This document shows positions 54,588-63,309 of a DNA stretch of 64,000 nucleotides, in pieces. A program made the position numbers and the translations under genes. Under the pieces are notes generated by a model that saw only the letters and a program-made list of their open reading frames with translations, ran no database searches and was not told where the DNA came from. Origin of the DNA: Anaerohalosphaeraceae bacterium. GTDB lineage: Bacteria; Planctomycetota; Phycisphaerae; Sedimentisphaerales; Anaerohalosphaeraceae. The stretch is from positions 288,001 through 352,000 of the forward strand of contig CAXXSL010000016.1 in NCBI GenBank assembly GCA_963675525.2, written 5' to 3'. Numbering within the stretch: the first letter of the stretch is position 1; the number at the start of each line of letters is the position of its first letter.

Positions 54588-57029
54588 ATGAAGTCAAAGA
54601 GTTTAAGGAGTTTCCTATGCAGTGAACAATTCGCCGTTCTAGCGGAATTAACCGGCGGACCAGGTTATAATTATGTGCCTTTTGAAATATTTCTATCTGC
54701 TCATCAGGAGAAAAAAGACGCCATTCCGGCAGGGTTTGACTTCGTCGGTATTACTGTTCCGCAAAATCCCGGCGGTGTGGCCAATATTGATCCAACGGAT
54801 GCACTGGCCGTCATCGAACAGAAACACTTGTTAGACGGCCTGGATTATATCCCCCACTTAACCTGTAAGGATAATAATACAGACAGCCTGATCAGCAGTC
54901 TCGTTGGTTACCGTCAGCGCGGGGTCGAATCGGTACTGATTTTGACCGGTGATAAACCAACGACGGCACAAGGTGTTTTTGAAGTTGAAAGCATTGGTTT
55001 ACTTTCATTGACAAAACGACTTAACAATCAGACAATTCTGAACGCAAAACCGGGCCAATGGGATAATCTGCGGCGATTTTATTCCGGTGCGGCGGTATCC
55101 CCTTTTAAATACACCGAAGCCTCGTTGATGCAGCAGTATTATAAAATGGAGAAAAAAGTCCGCGCGGGAGCCGAATTCCTGATAACCCAGGTCGGCTGGG
55201 ACTGGAAAAAATCGCAGGAACTGATGCGATACATGAAAGACAACAAAATGAACACCCCGGTTATCGGTAATGTGTACTGGTTGACCACCTCAACTCCGGC
55301 ACCGCGATTGATGCATGATATTAAACTGCCCGGATGCTTCGTCAGTGATGAACTTCTGGAAAAACTCAAAACTGAAAGCCTCGATGAACATATCGAGCGT
55401 GCCGCCCAGCAGGTTGCCATGTATAAATCGCTTGGGTATGCGGGCGCCGATATCGGCGGTGTGCATGATTATGATATTTTCCTGAAAATCCTGAACCGGG
55501 CGGCTGAAATCGGTGACGACTGGGAAGCTTTTAAGGATAATCTCTACTGGCCGCCTGAAAAGGTGTTTTATTTGTATGATGAAGCGGGCAATCAGGTCCC
55601 GCTTTCGACACCGAAAAAGAAATTCAACGAACGGTTCTTCAATTTCATGCACCGGGCGATTTTAGACCCGGAACATCGCGGTTTTCACGGTTTCAAATGG
55701 CTCCTTAATCTGGTCGGAGCCAATAAAGAAGAACGATTGATGTATAAAACTTTTAATGCCCTTGAGAAAGGGTTTAAATATTGTTTGTTTGACTGCGCTG
55801 AATGCGGCGATTGCTACTTGCCGGAAAACTTCGGATACTGTACGATCGGCGGCTGTGAAAAAGGAGTCGCCAATGCTCCGTGCGGCGATGCAACCGTGGA
55901 CGGCCATTGCGGCAACAATCTTGAACAGCAATGTGTCGGGGAACTCATTTATGCTTCGGCAGCGGCCGCAAATGAACGGGAAAAACTGCGCAAGACCACC
56001 AACAAGTCGCGCGTCCCGGCGTTGGAGCATACAAGCTCAATCGTTAACTATTTATTCGGAAGGGACCATACGATGAAGACCCCCCTGATCGGCATCGGCG
56101 AATCGATTCATGCTTCAATCCCCAAGACCGGCAAAGTAATGGCCGAACTGAACGCACTCGGTGCCGATGCCTATACCACGCCCAGCGGCCCGCTGGACTA
56201 CATTCGCGCATTGATCGAGGAACAGGTCGATGACGGCGCTGCTTATCTGGCAGTAAATCTGGACGCTTTCGGCGAAACGAATCCGCAGCAAACCGTCGCC
56301 ATGATGGTTGAATACACCCGGCTGGTTCGTCAATGGGGCAAGGGGGTTCCCATTTGTTTAGACAGCAGCAACGACGATGCACTGATCGCGGGCCTGAAGG
56401 AATGGTACAACACCGATCAGGCCGTCAAGCCGCCGCTGGTAAATTCCATCAAGATTTACACCGCCGACAAAATGATGCCGCTGAAGAAAGATTACAACTT
56501 TGCCTTTATTGGGCTGTTGGTCAGCGAAGATAAACCGACCGGTCCCGGCGGTTCGCATTCGGTCGAAGAACTGTTCGGCTATGCCAGGGAATTATACACC
56601 AAGGCCATACAGCACGGCTTTCGAGCCGAAGAAATTTTCTTTGACTCAACCGTGTTCCCGATCGCGATCGATATGCCGATGGAGCCGGGTGTGCCGGGGT
56701 ATACGTATCGGGCTTTTGAGACAATTAAGAAGATCAAAACCGATCCCCAGATGAAGAACTGCCATTTCTCGCTGGGCGTCAGCAATAGCTGCCGCGACCT
56801 GCCGGGGCGTCGTATCGGCATCTGCCGGGCGTATGTGGCCAAGGCGATGGAGTACGGGCTGGATGCGGGTATCGTCAATGTCGCACATCGGTATGGTGAA
56901 AAACCGGTTGACCCGGAACTGCTCGCACTGATCGACGCCTATGCCAAACTGGACGGCAGCATGGAAAAGCTCAATGACGCGATGACGCTGATGGGTCAGT
57001 TCTGCGCTTCGTGCAGAAAGCCGGGGTAA
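54588..57029 (+). CDS. Fusion of methylenetetrahydrofolate reductase (MetF) + Cys-rich MTHFR_C/MetV-like domain + pterin-binding methyltransferase (AcsE/MetH-like)
   Basis: PHLTCKD, LTGD, KKVRAGAEFLITQ; CAECGDC...C...CEKG..N.PCG...C...C; IGE.I, LDSS, VNSI, IFFD, GVSN, GLDAGI. Confidence 0.85.
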   Translation: MKSKSLRSFLCSEQFAVLAELTGGPGYNYVPFEIFLSAHQEKKDAIPAGFDFVGITVPQNPGGVANIDPTDALAVIEQKHLLDGLDYIPHLTCKDNNTDSLISSLVGYRQRGVESVLILTGDKPTTAQGVFEVESIGLLSLTKRLNNQTILNAKPGQWDNLRRFYSGAAVSPFKYTEASLMQQYYKMEKKVRAGAEFLITQVGWDWKKSQELMRYMKDNKMNTPVIGNVYWLTTSTPAPRLMHDIKLPGCFVSDELLEKLKTESLDEHIERAAQQVAMYKSLGYAGADIGGVHDYDIFLKILNRAAEIGDDWEAFKDNLYWPPEKVFYLYDEAGNQVPLSTPKKKFNERFFNFMHRAILDPEHRGFHGFKWLLNLVGANKEERLMYKTFNALEKGFKYCLFDCAECGDCYLPENFGYCTIGGCEKGVANAPCGDATVDGHCGNNLEQQCVGELIYASAAAANEREKLRKTTNKSRVPALEHTSSIVNYLFGRDHTMKTPLIGIGESIHASIPKTGKVMAELNALGADAYTTPSGPLDYIRALIEEQVDDGAAYLAVNLDAFGETNPQQTVAMMVEYTRLVRQWGKGVPICLDSSNDDALIAGLKEWYNTDQAVKPPLVNSIKIYTADKMMPLKKDYNFAFIGLLVSEDKPTGPGGSHSVEELFGYARELYTKAIQHGFRAEEIFFDSTVFPIAIDMPMEPGVPGYTYRAFETIKKIKTDPQMKNCHFSLGVSNSCRDLPGRRIGICRAYVAKAMEYGLDAGIVNVAHRYGEKPVDPELLALIDAYAKLDGSMEKLNDAMTLMGQFCASCRKPG

Positions 57030-57129
57030 CTTAGAAACCGCAGATTTCGCGGATTTCACTGATTTTTAAAAGAGAAAGAACTCAAGAATGTGGAATCCCG
57101 AAAAATCGGGATTCGGAATGACGGGGTGT

Positions 57130-57510
57130 GTTAATTGGGTTTGGTTTGGGTTTGATTGGGTTCGCGTGGCGCTATTAAAAAGAGGGGTGTTGCGTCCGTT
57201 GGGGGGTTTGGATTCAATATATTGCAATCCTGTCGTGGTGGTACTTGGGGCTTAAATTGGGTTTGTTTTTTTGGGGGTTGGCGGGGTTAAAAAGGGGGTT
57301 TTTGAGATTTTTCAAAGCAAAACGTGCGATTTTTGGCTGAAAACGGCTTGCGCGAGTAGGGGGTACTTGGGGCCTAAATTGGCTTTGGTTTGGGTTCGAT
57401 TGGGTTCGATTTACAGGCAGAAGTCAGGAGATAGAAGATAGAAGTCAGAATAAGATAATGACTTACAGTCATTTTACTGCGGAGGAAATTGGGTTCGTTT
57501 TGTAAAAAAG
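57130..57510. repeat. Cluster of AATTGGGTT(T/C)G motifs with strong G/T strand skew, interleaved with 7-mer AGAAG repeats
   Basis: Motif blocks near 57134, 57256, 57377 and 57487; gtacttggggc(t/c)taaattgg occurs twice. Confidence 0.75.
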
Positions 57511-57641
57511 GTTGCTCCAAGAACTCATGAACTCCAGAACATAAGAACCCAAGAATGTGGACTTCTTCCAGATGGCTTTTTAAATAGATCCTTCACTTCG
57601 TTCAGGATGACCATTGTTGGGGGCCGGGCGAGATAGCGGGG

Positions 57642-57712
57642 CTCGCACTCTATTTAATTGTGAATATTCAATTTTGTGTATTATACCAAAAGTTAGATAA
57701 ATGTAAAACTTT
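57642..57712 (-). repeat. About 70-bp repeat (second copy 58298-58368) containing a leftward extended -10 promoter
   Basis: ctcgcactctatttaattgtgaata...gtgtattatacca...ttagataaat; the minus strand reads TGGTATAAT. Confidence 0.75.
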
Positions 57713-57719
57713 TTATCCA

Positions 57720-58216
57720 CAGATTTCGGGGATTTTCACGCGAAACAGGGTAGAGGGAATTGGCAATTGTCGAATGACGATGGACGATTGTCGATTGGTA
57801 TTTTGAATTGAGGAAGCGGCGTTTGCCGCGGGTAAAAATATTGAAGGTTTATCAATGTTGGCGGGCGTTGGGTTTGATAATAGAAAATAGGGAAGAAAAA
57901 GGTGTCTGACCCCTTAATTTATCCTGGAAAGTTTTATTTTTATGCGATTGTCAAAGAACCAAAAAAGACACCGAAATGGAGAAAAAGGTTCCGGGAACCT
58001 TTAATTATCCCAGATTTCGGGGATTTTCACGCGAAACAGGGTAGAGGGAATTGGCAATTGTCGAATGACGATGGACGATTGTCGATTGGTATTTTGAATT
58101 GAGGAAGCGGCGTTTGCCGCGGGTAAAAATATTGAAGGTTTATCAATGTTGGCGGGCGTTGGGTTTGATAATAGAAAATAGGGAAGAAAAAGGTGTCTGA
58201 CCCCTTAATTTATCCT
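57720..58216 (+). repeat. Exact 206-bp direct repeat (57720-57925 and 58011-58216) with an 85-bp spacer
   Basis: Base-by-base comparison; each copy ends AAAAAGGTGTCTGACCCCTTAATTTATCCT. Confidence 0.95.
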
Positions 58217-58491
58217 CAGGATGACAGAGCGGGTAATCGGAGGATTTATCCCGGATCAAGGTCCGGGACAGACTCTGTTTCGCTTTTATTAGCAGGCCTC
58301 GCACTCTATTTAATTGTGAATATCCAATTTTGTGTATTATACCATAAATTAGATAAATAGCAAACTTTATTTCATTGGTTTTTAAAAATTCACATCTTTT
58401 CCGAATACCACACCTTGCCGGAAAACTTTATTTTTTATGACGGTGTCAAAGAGCGACAGAAAATGATTCCTGACAACTTTGTCTACTCCCC

Positions 58492-58576
58492 TTGGCTTTC
58501 CCATGGCAGAATTTCAACGGAAATTGAGGTGAATGCAATGAAAATTATAGAAAAAGGTTCCGGGAACCTTTAATTA
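58492..58576 (-). mobile_element. Solo copy of the RAYT element 5' end (palindrome, promoter, first codons)
   Basis: Near-identical to 60829-60913 (ttggctttcccatggcagaatt...aaaaaggttccgggaaccttta). Confidence 0.88.
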
Positions 58577-58660
58577 ACCTGATTTATTTTGGATAGAAGT
58601 GTAAAATTATAACTATCTCAAAAGCGGGCAATAAGGCAGAGCGCATAAGAGGAAAACAAA

Positions 58661-59356
58661 ATGAAAATAAAGTATTTGGTCAAGAAGAAAATAGTGCTGG
58701 CATGTCTCTTAATAGTAATTATGCTTTTGGCAGGTCTGGTTTTCTTTGGAATTACGAACAAATTAGTAAAGACAGAAACAACTTCAACTAAAACCGTTGA
58801 AATAGCTCCAGGAAAATATATCGAATATCAGGAGCATTTTCTCCACTGGGGCTTGAAACATGAATCAATGTTTGCCGTTCATGCTCTGCCGATGCAAAAG
58901 GCGAAATTCTATCAAAGAGACACAAAATATCTTTCTATACCTTGGAATGGAGAGGAATTATTCTGGATAGGGGTTGGTATTCCTGTCTCGCTGCGAAGCT
59001 ACAAAGACAATCTGTATATGATTACTTTTGACAGGGAATCGGATTTTCGCAAGATTCGGTTTCGATATTATAAACAGAACCATAATGTGCTGTCTGAAAT
59101 ATCTTATAAGGATTATCCAAAGTCAATTGCAACTCAAAACCTTTGGTTGAACAAAGAAGATCTAAAATTATTGAGAGAATTCGATCCAGATGATTTCTGG
59201 TTTCGAGAATCTCTTACAGCCAATATTTGGTATCAGCTAGAGACAGGAAAGGAATTCTATCAACAGAAAGGTATCGATATATCGGCAGAATTTCTCAAAA
59301 ATTATATAGAAAAGAATAAAATCCAAAAACTTGAAAGACTTCTCAAGAACAAATGA
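58661..59356 (+). CDS. AT-rich hypothetical protein with N-terminal TM anchor (probable cargo)
   Basis: 231-aa ORF with GAGGA SD, visibly low GC. Confidence 0.8.
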   Translation: MKIKYLVKKKIVLACLLIVIMLLAGLVFFGITNKLVKTETTSTKTVEIAPGKYIEYQEHFLHWGLKHESMFAVHALPMQKAKFYQRDTKYLSIPWNGEELFWIGVGIPVSLRSYKDNLYMITFDRESDFRKIRFRYYKQNHNVLSEISYKDYPKSIATQNLWLNKEDLKLLREFDPDDFWFRESLTANIWYQLETGKEFYQQKGIDISAEFLKNYIEKNKIQKLERLLKNK

Positions 59357-59963
59357 TTTAGTATGTTTTTTGAAGTCATTTCTTGCACCGTTGTCCAACG
59401 TCAAGCATAAAATGAAGCTTCGGATAATTTTTCCTGTTTGCAGAATTGCCGAACCGATAAGATAAGCTGTGATCGCCACTACTTCATCTGCCAGAACTGC
59501 TGCTGGTCCGTATCAGGTTTTCATGCGTTGCTCATGATCGCCTCCCCCAAAAAAATCACGAGCCACAATTATCAACTTTCCAAAGAACACCGCAAGATAT
59601 ACTTAACTTAGCCAGAACCTTACAACTGATCTGAATCGTTTTTACGACACTTTCGTGCCTAAGAGGTTAGAGCCATTCAATATGAAATCCGTTCACATAC
59701 CGTAGTATAAACTAAACCTATCCCATTGTAAAAAACCTTCCATGTTATTCAGCAAAACCCACATAGATTATTTATTCGTACCTCCAGAACTATTCTGTTC
59801 GATTTCAATTATTTCTTCTTAACAAAATTTTGACCCTTTGGGAAACTAAAGAAACTATGAAAGCCAGATACTCGGGGACGGATATGTTATAATCGTCCCC
59901 AAGACGTGCTCGTCACAGGGACGGCACAAAAATTTATTCACGTAAATTTTAGGAGTATCTGGC

Positions 59964-60150
59964 ATGGAAACGATTTTAGCAATTGATCTGGGCAAAAACA
60001 AGAGCGTTGTTTGTGAAATGGATCGCGGCTCTTTAAAAACTCAATACAGCACCATTCGTACACGGCCGGAGGTCTTTCACGACCTGTTCGCCGATCTGGA
60101 CACCCATCGCTCCATGGTCCTGTTTGAAGTTGGCAATCAGGCCGGCTGGG
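59964..60150 (+). pseudogene. Truncated IS110-family transposase (N-terminal RuvC-like DEDD domain)
   Basis: METILAIDLGKNKSVVC...VLFEVG...W with AGGAG SD; cut off next to the palindrome at 60160. Confidence 0.8.
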
Positions 60151-60157
60151 AGAAAAA

Positions 60158-60841
60158 CTAAAGGTTCCCGGAACCTTTTTTGGGTCTTCCTCTTGGCCGC
60201 AATGTCGATTCCAATTGCAATTGGCCCGCCGTTTCAGCAATCCATTGGGTGTCTCCGAACGGGCGACCGCGGCTTATGCACTTTCTGATCTCATCGGCTT
60301 GCTGCTGGTATGCGGCAAAGTCCAGGACGTTATCCAGCCAGTTTCGAGAAAGCCTTACCGGTCCGGTTGACAATTTTATGTCATTCTCGGAAAAACCCAT
60401 CCGTTTTGCAAGGCTGCTGTATGGCCAGTCTTGAGGTTGTACGGCGAGTTTGGCTCTGAATGGATTCGCTTCGATATACCTTAAAACGGAGAGATAGTGA
60501 TAATCGTCTTTCAGCGGAAAGCTTTTGAAACGGCCCTGATAGACGTGTCCCATGCCGACCGTATTGTGGGCCGCATGCCAGCGGTTTGTGTGGGTGACAG
60601 TGACCCATCGCATGAATTGCGACAAATCGCCGTCCCGCCTGGGCCAAAGCAGAAGATGCCAGTGATTGCCCATGATACAGTAGCCGCAAAGACGCATGTC
60701 AAAACGTTTCAAACCCTCGGCTAAGATGGATTCAAAGGCCACGAAATCGCCGGGCTTACGAAAGATACGAAGCTTGCCGTTGGCACGATTGATGACATGG
60801 TAAAGATAACCGCCCTTCGTTATTCGCTTTGGCTTTCCCAT
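60158..60841 (-). CDS. REP-associated tyrosine transposase-like HUH (Y1) protein
   Basis: YHVINR.N...IF, YCIMGNHWHLL (HUH), GHVYQGRFKS, RYIEANP.RA, W.YSS. Confidence 0.92.
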   Translation of the reverse strand: MGKPKRITKGGYLYHVINRANGKLRIFRKPGDFVAFESILAEGLKRFDMRLCGYCIMGNHWHLLLWPRRDGDLSQFMRWVTVTHTNRWHAAHNTVGMGHVYQGRFKSFPLKDDYHYLSVLRYIEANPFRAKLAVQPQDWPYSSLAKRMGFSENDIKLSTGPVRLSRNWLDNVLDFAAYQQQADEIRKCISRGRPFGDTQWIAETAGQLQLESTLRPRGRPKKGSGNL

Positions 60842-60983
60842 GGCAGAATTTTAACGGAAATTGAGGCGACTGCAATGAAAATTATAGAAAAAGGTTCCGG
60901 GAACCTTTAAGTTAGTCCGACTTATAATCGATTTATTTTATCGGGATTGTCAAGGGTTTGGGGGGGTGCGTGTTTTTTGCTGC

Positions 60984-61012
60984 TTGACAAACGGGAAACC
61001 GGACGGTAAAAA
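60984..61012 (+). promoter_or_regulatory. Sigma70-type promoter
   Basis: TTGACA-17-TAAAAA upstream of the DUF4870 gene. Confidence 0.45.
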
Positions 61013-61071
61013 GAACGTTATTGTGGAGCAGTGGACGCTTTTATTGACTCTTTTTTAGGGAGGATATAGTT

Positions 61072-61515
61072 ATGGACGAGAACATGGAAAACCCAACGCC
61101 CACACCGGATAGTCAGCCTCAACAAGCACCCCAACCGCCGCAACCGGCAGAGCCCGCACCCGTCGGAGATGTATCAAAAGATGATAAAATGTGGGGACTG
61201 TTCTGCCATTTGGCGGCGCTGGCGGGATTTATCGGCGTTCCATTCGGGAATATCCTCGGGCCGCTGATCATCTGGCTTATTAAGAAAGACGAGATCGCTT
61301 TCGTCAATGATCAGGGCAAAGAATCACTGAATTTTCAAATTTCAATCGTTATCTATGGGTTGGTTCTCATTCCAACTATTTGCTTTCCGCCGTTATTGAT
61401 TCTTTTGGCATTGGCATTGAGCATAGCAAATATCGTCTTTATCATTATCGCCAGTATTACCGCCAACAAGGGGCAAGCCTATCGCTACCCCTGCTGCATT
61501 CGCCTGGTGAAATGA
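61072..61515 (+). CDS. DUF4870 domain membrane protein
   Basis: W..FCHL...GPLIIWLIKKD...V..QGKESLNFQIS...YRYP. Confidence 0.9.
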   Translation: MDENMENPTPTPDSQPQQAPQPPQPAEPAPVGDVSKDDKMWGLFCHLAALAGFIGVPFGNILGPLIIWLIKKDEIAFVNDQGKESLNFQISIVIYGLVLIPTICFPPLLILLALALSIANIVFIIIASITANKGQAYRYPCCIRLVK

Positions 61516-61610
61516 TTCAGGACGCCAGCGGCTGTTAACGATTGAAGGGCAGAAGTTGTCTGTCCTCATCTCATTAGAAACTGAAGGGACAGATAACTAT
61601 TAAGGAGACT

Positions 61611-62249
61611 ATGATGAATTTAAGAGCACCCGTAGAACCCGTATCGAAAGCTTTGTACCTTGGTTTTTACTTAGGCGGCAGTTTTCTGGGCGGTATTTTG
61701 ATGGTTATTGCAATCGTCGCTATGGCCGGCGGTGCCGCCGCTGCCGACAGCGGAGAGATCGACTCAGGCGCAGGAGCCGCGATTGCCGGAGTCGGGGTCT
61801 TTATTATGATCCTGGCTATGGCACTTTTGATAACCGGCTTCGTTTTTCTGTATGTCTTATATTACAAAATGTGGGCCGCTATTCAGGATGGTTACGCACG
61901 CACCACTCCCGGGAAAGCAATTGGTTTTATGTTCATCCCGCTTTTTAATATCTACTGGATCTTTCAGGCTGTCTGGGGATATTCCAAAGATTATAATATC
62001 TATCTTCGCCGACATGAAATTCAAGCCGAACCTTTGTCCGAGGTTCTTTTTCTGTGGGTCTGCATTGTGCCGTTCCTGGGATTTATTCCTTTTGTGGGAT
62101 GGCTGGCCAACATTGCCGCCCTTGTCCTGAACATCATGGTGGTGAATTCGGTTTGTAACGGGATCAATGCCCTGGCTTATGCACCGCAAGCCCCTGTTTC
62201 AGAATCCGAATATGCATCGCCGGCCGAACCCCTCCAACCGGGAATGTAA
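61611..62249 (+). CDS. Hypothetical membrane protein
   Basis: 4 TM segments; W..IQDG.ARTTPGKAIGFMFIP.FN.YW motif. Confidence 0.8.
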   Translation: MMNLRAPVEPVSKALYLGFYLGGSFLGGILMVIAIVAMAGGAAAADSGEIDSGAGAAIAGVGVFIMILAMALLITGFVFLYVLYYKMWAAIQDGYARTTPGKAIGFMFIPLFNIYWIFQAVWGYSKDYNIYLRRHEIQAEPLSEVLFLWVCIVPFLGFIPFVGWLANIAALVLNIMVVNSVCNGINALAYAPQAPVSESEYASPAEPLQPGM

Positions 62250-62269
62250 TTGCCGTTTTATATCAATCC

Positions 62270-62309
62270 AACCCTGCCTGCCGGAAACCCCGGCGGACAG
62301 GGTTTTTTT
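62270..62309 (+). terminator. Intrinsic terminator
   Basis: aaccctgcctgccgg-aaac-cccggcggacagggtt followed by a T-run. Confidence 0.8.
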
Positions 62310-62373
62310 GTGCTTTCCGTCAAATCTTCGTAAGCTCTTGCAAATTCGCCGGTTGAGTGCTATCATATCGCCC

Positions 62374-62850
62374 ATGTCAAAAGGCAAAGATTCCAAAATA
62401 GACAAAAACCCGAGTATGCAGAATAAAAAGGCGTACCACAACTTCGAGCTGCTGGAGAAGGTCGAGGCGGGAATTGCTCTGTTGGGCACCGAGGTCAAAA
62501 GCCTGCGCGACAAACACTGCGACCTGGATGCCTGTTACGCCCGTATCATCGGTAACGAGGTCTGGCTGGTCGGCTGCAAGATCGCCGCATATGACCGCGG
62601 CGGCTATACCAATCATGAGCCGCTTCGCAACCGAAAGCTTTTGCTGCACAAAACGCAAATAAAAAAGATCAAAACCAAGCTGGAGCAGCGCGGGTTTACG
62701 CTGGTGCCGACAAAGGTTTATTTCAACTCGCGCGGTGTCGTTAAAGTGGAACTGGCACTGGCCACCGGAAAAAGGCAATACGACAAACGGCAAAAACTGC
62801 AGGAACAACAACAGAAAAAGGATATTAACCGGAGCATGAAAAAATATTAA
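62374..62850 (+). CDS. smpB: SsrA-binding protein
   Basis: NKKAYHNF, EAGIALLGTEVKSLR, RKLLLHK, GKRQYDKR. Confidence 0.97.
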   Translation: MSKGKDSKIDKNPSMQNKKAYHNFELLEKVEAGIALLGTEVKSLRDKHCDLDACYARIIGNEVWLVGCKIAAYDRGGYTNHEPLRNRKLLLHKTQIKKIKTKLEQRGFTLVPTKVYFNSRGVVKVELALATGKRQYDKRQKLQEQQQKKDINRSMKKY

Positions 62851-62866
62851 TCACGTAATCACGCTC

Positions 62867-62893
62867 TGGATGCCGGATCAAGTCCGGCATGAG
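62867..62893. repeat. Short palindromic REP-like element
   Basis: tggatgccggatcaagtccggcatgag; related copy tcccggatcaaggtccggga at 58249-58268. Confidence 0.7.
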
Positions 62894-62921
62894 AACGAGC
62901 GGATTCTCATTTATGGAGAGA

Positions 62922-63302
62922 ATGATGGCAGAGGAAGAAAAAAAAATCATTATCGACGAAGACTGGAAAATCCAGGCCCAAAAGGAAAAGGAAAAACTGA
63001 AAGAGCAGGAGTCCGCCGAAAAACCGCCTTCACAAGAAGAACAGAAAGCCGGTTTACCGGCGGCGGACTTTTCGGGGCTGGTGAGCATTCTGGCCACTCA
63101 GGCGTTTTATGCACTGGGCGTTTTCCGAATGGATGAGAAGGACCAGCGGGAGCCGGATTTCCAGATGGCAAAATTCAACATCGATCTGCTCGGGGTGCTC
63201 GAAGAAAAAAGCAAAGGTAACCTCGCCGAAGACGAGGCGAAGATGCTCAAAAGCACCCTGGATCAGCTCCGCATGGCCTTCGTTCAGCTTTCAAAGAAAT
63301 AG
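62922..63302 (+). CDS. DUF1844 domain protein
   Basis: KIIIDEDWK..AQ.EK, LP.ADF..LV..LATQA...LG, AK..IDLL..L.EK.KGNL...E. Confidence 0.88.
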   Translation: MMAEEEKKIIIDEDWKIQAQKEKEKLKEQESAEKPPSQEEQKAGLPAADFSGLVSILATQAFYALGVFRMDEKDQREPDFQMAKFNIDLLGVLEEKSKGNLAEDEAKMLKSTLDQLRMAFVQLSKK

Positions 63303-63309
63303 GACGATC

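Larger units (their letters stand above)
57984..60908. repeat. REP-like palindrome AAAGGTTCC(G/C)GGAACCTTT, four copies (57984, 58553, 60160 inverted, 60890)
   Basis: Directly visible; two copies bracket the HUH transposase gene. Confidence 0.92.

Noticed and set aside
57713..57721. DnaA box TTATCCACA
   Set aside because: It is part of the (c)acagattt repeat/module junction rather than an isolated box cluster
57720..58580. CRISPR array
   Set aside because: The palindromes are irregularly spaced, the intervening segments are 85-500 bp and partly duplicated, and there are no cas genes
59237..59860. Possible genes between the cargo gene and IS110
   Set aside because: Only stop-riddled fragments are present; probably decayed coding DNA that I cannot assign
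62850..62925. tmRNA next to smpB, or any tRNA/rRNA in the window
   Set aside because: No tRNA-like ends or recognisable stable-RNA motifs were seen
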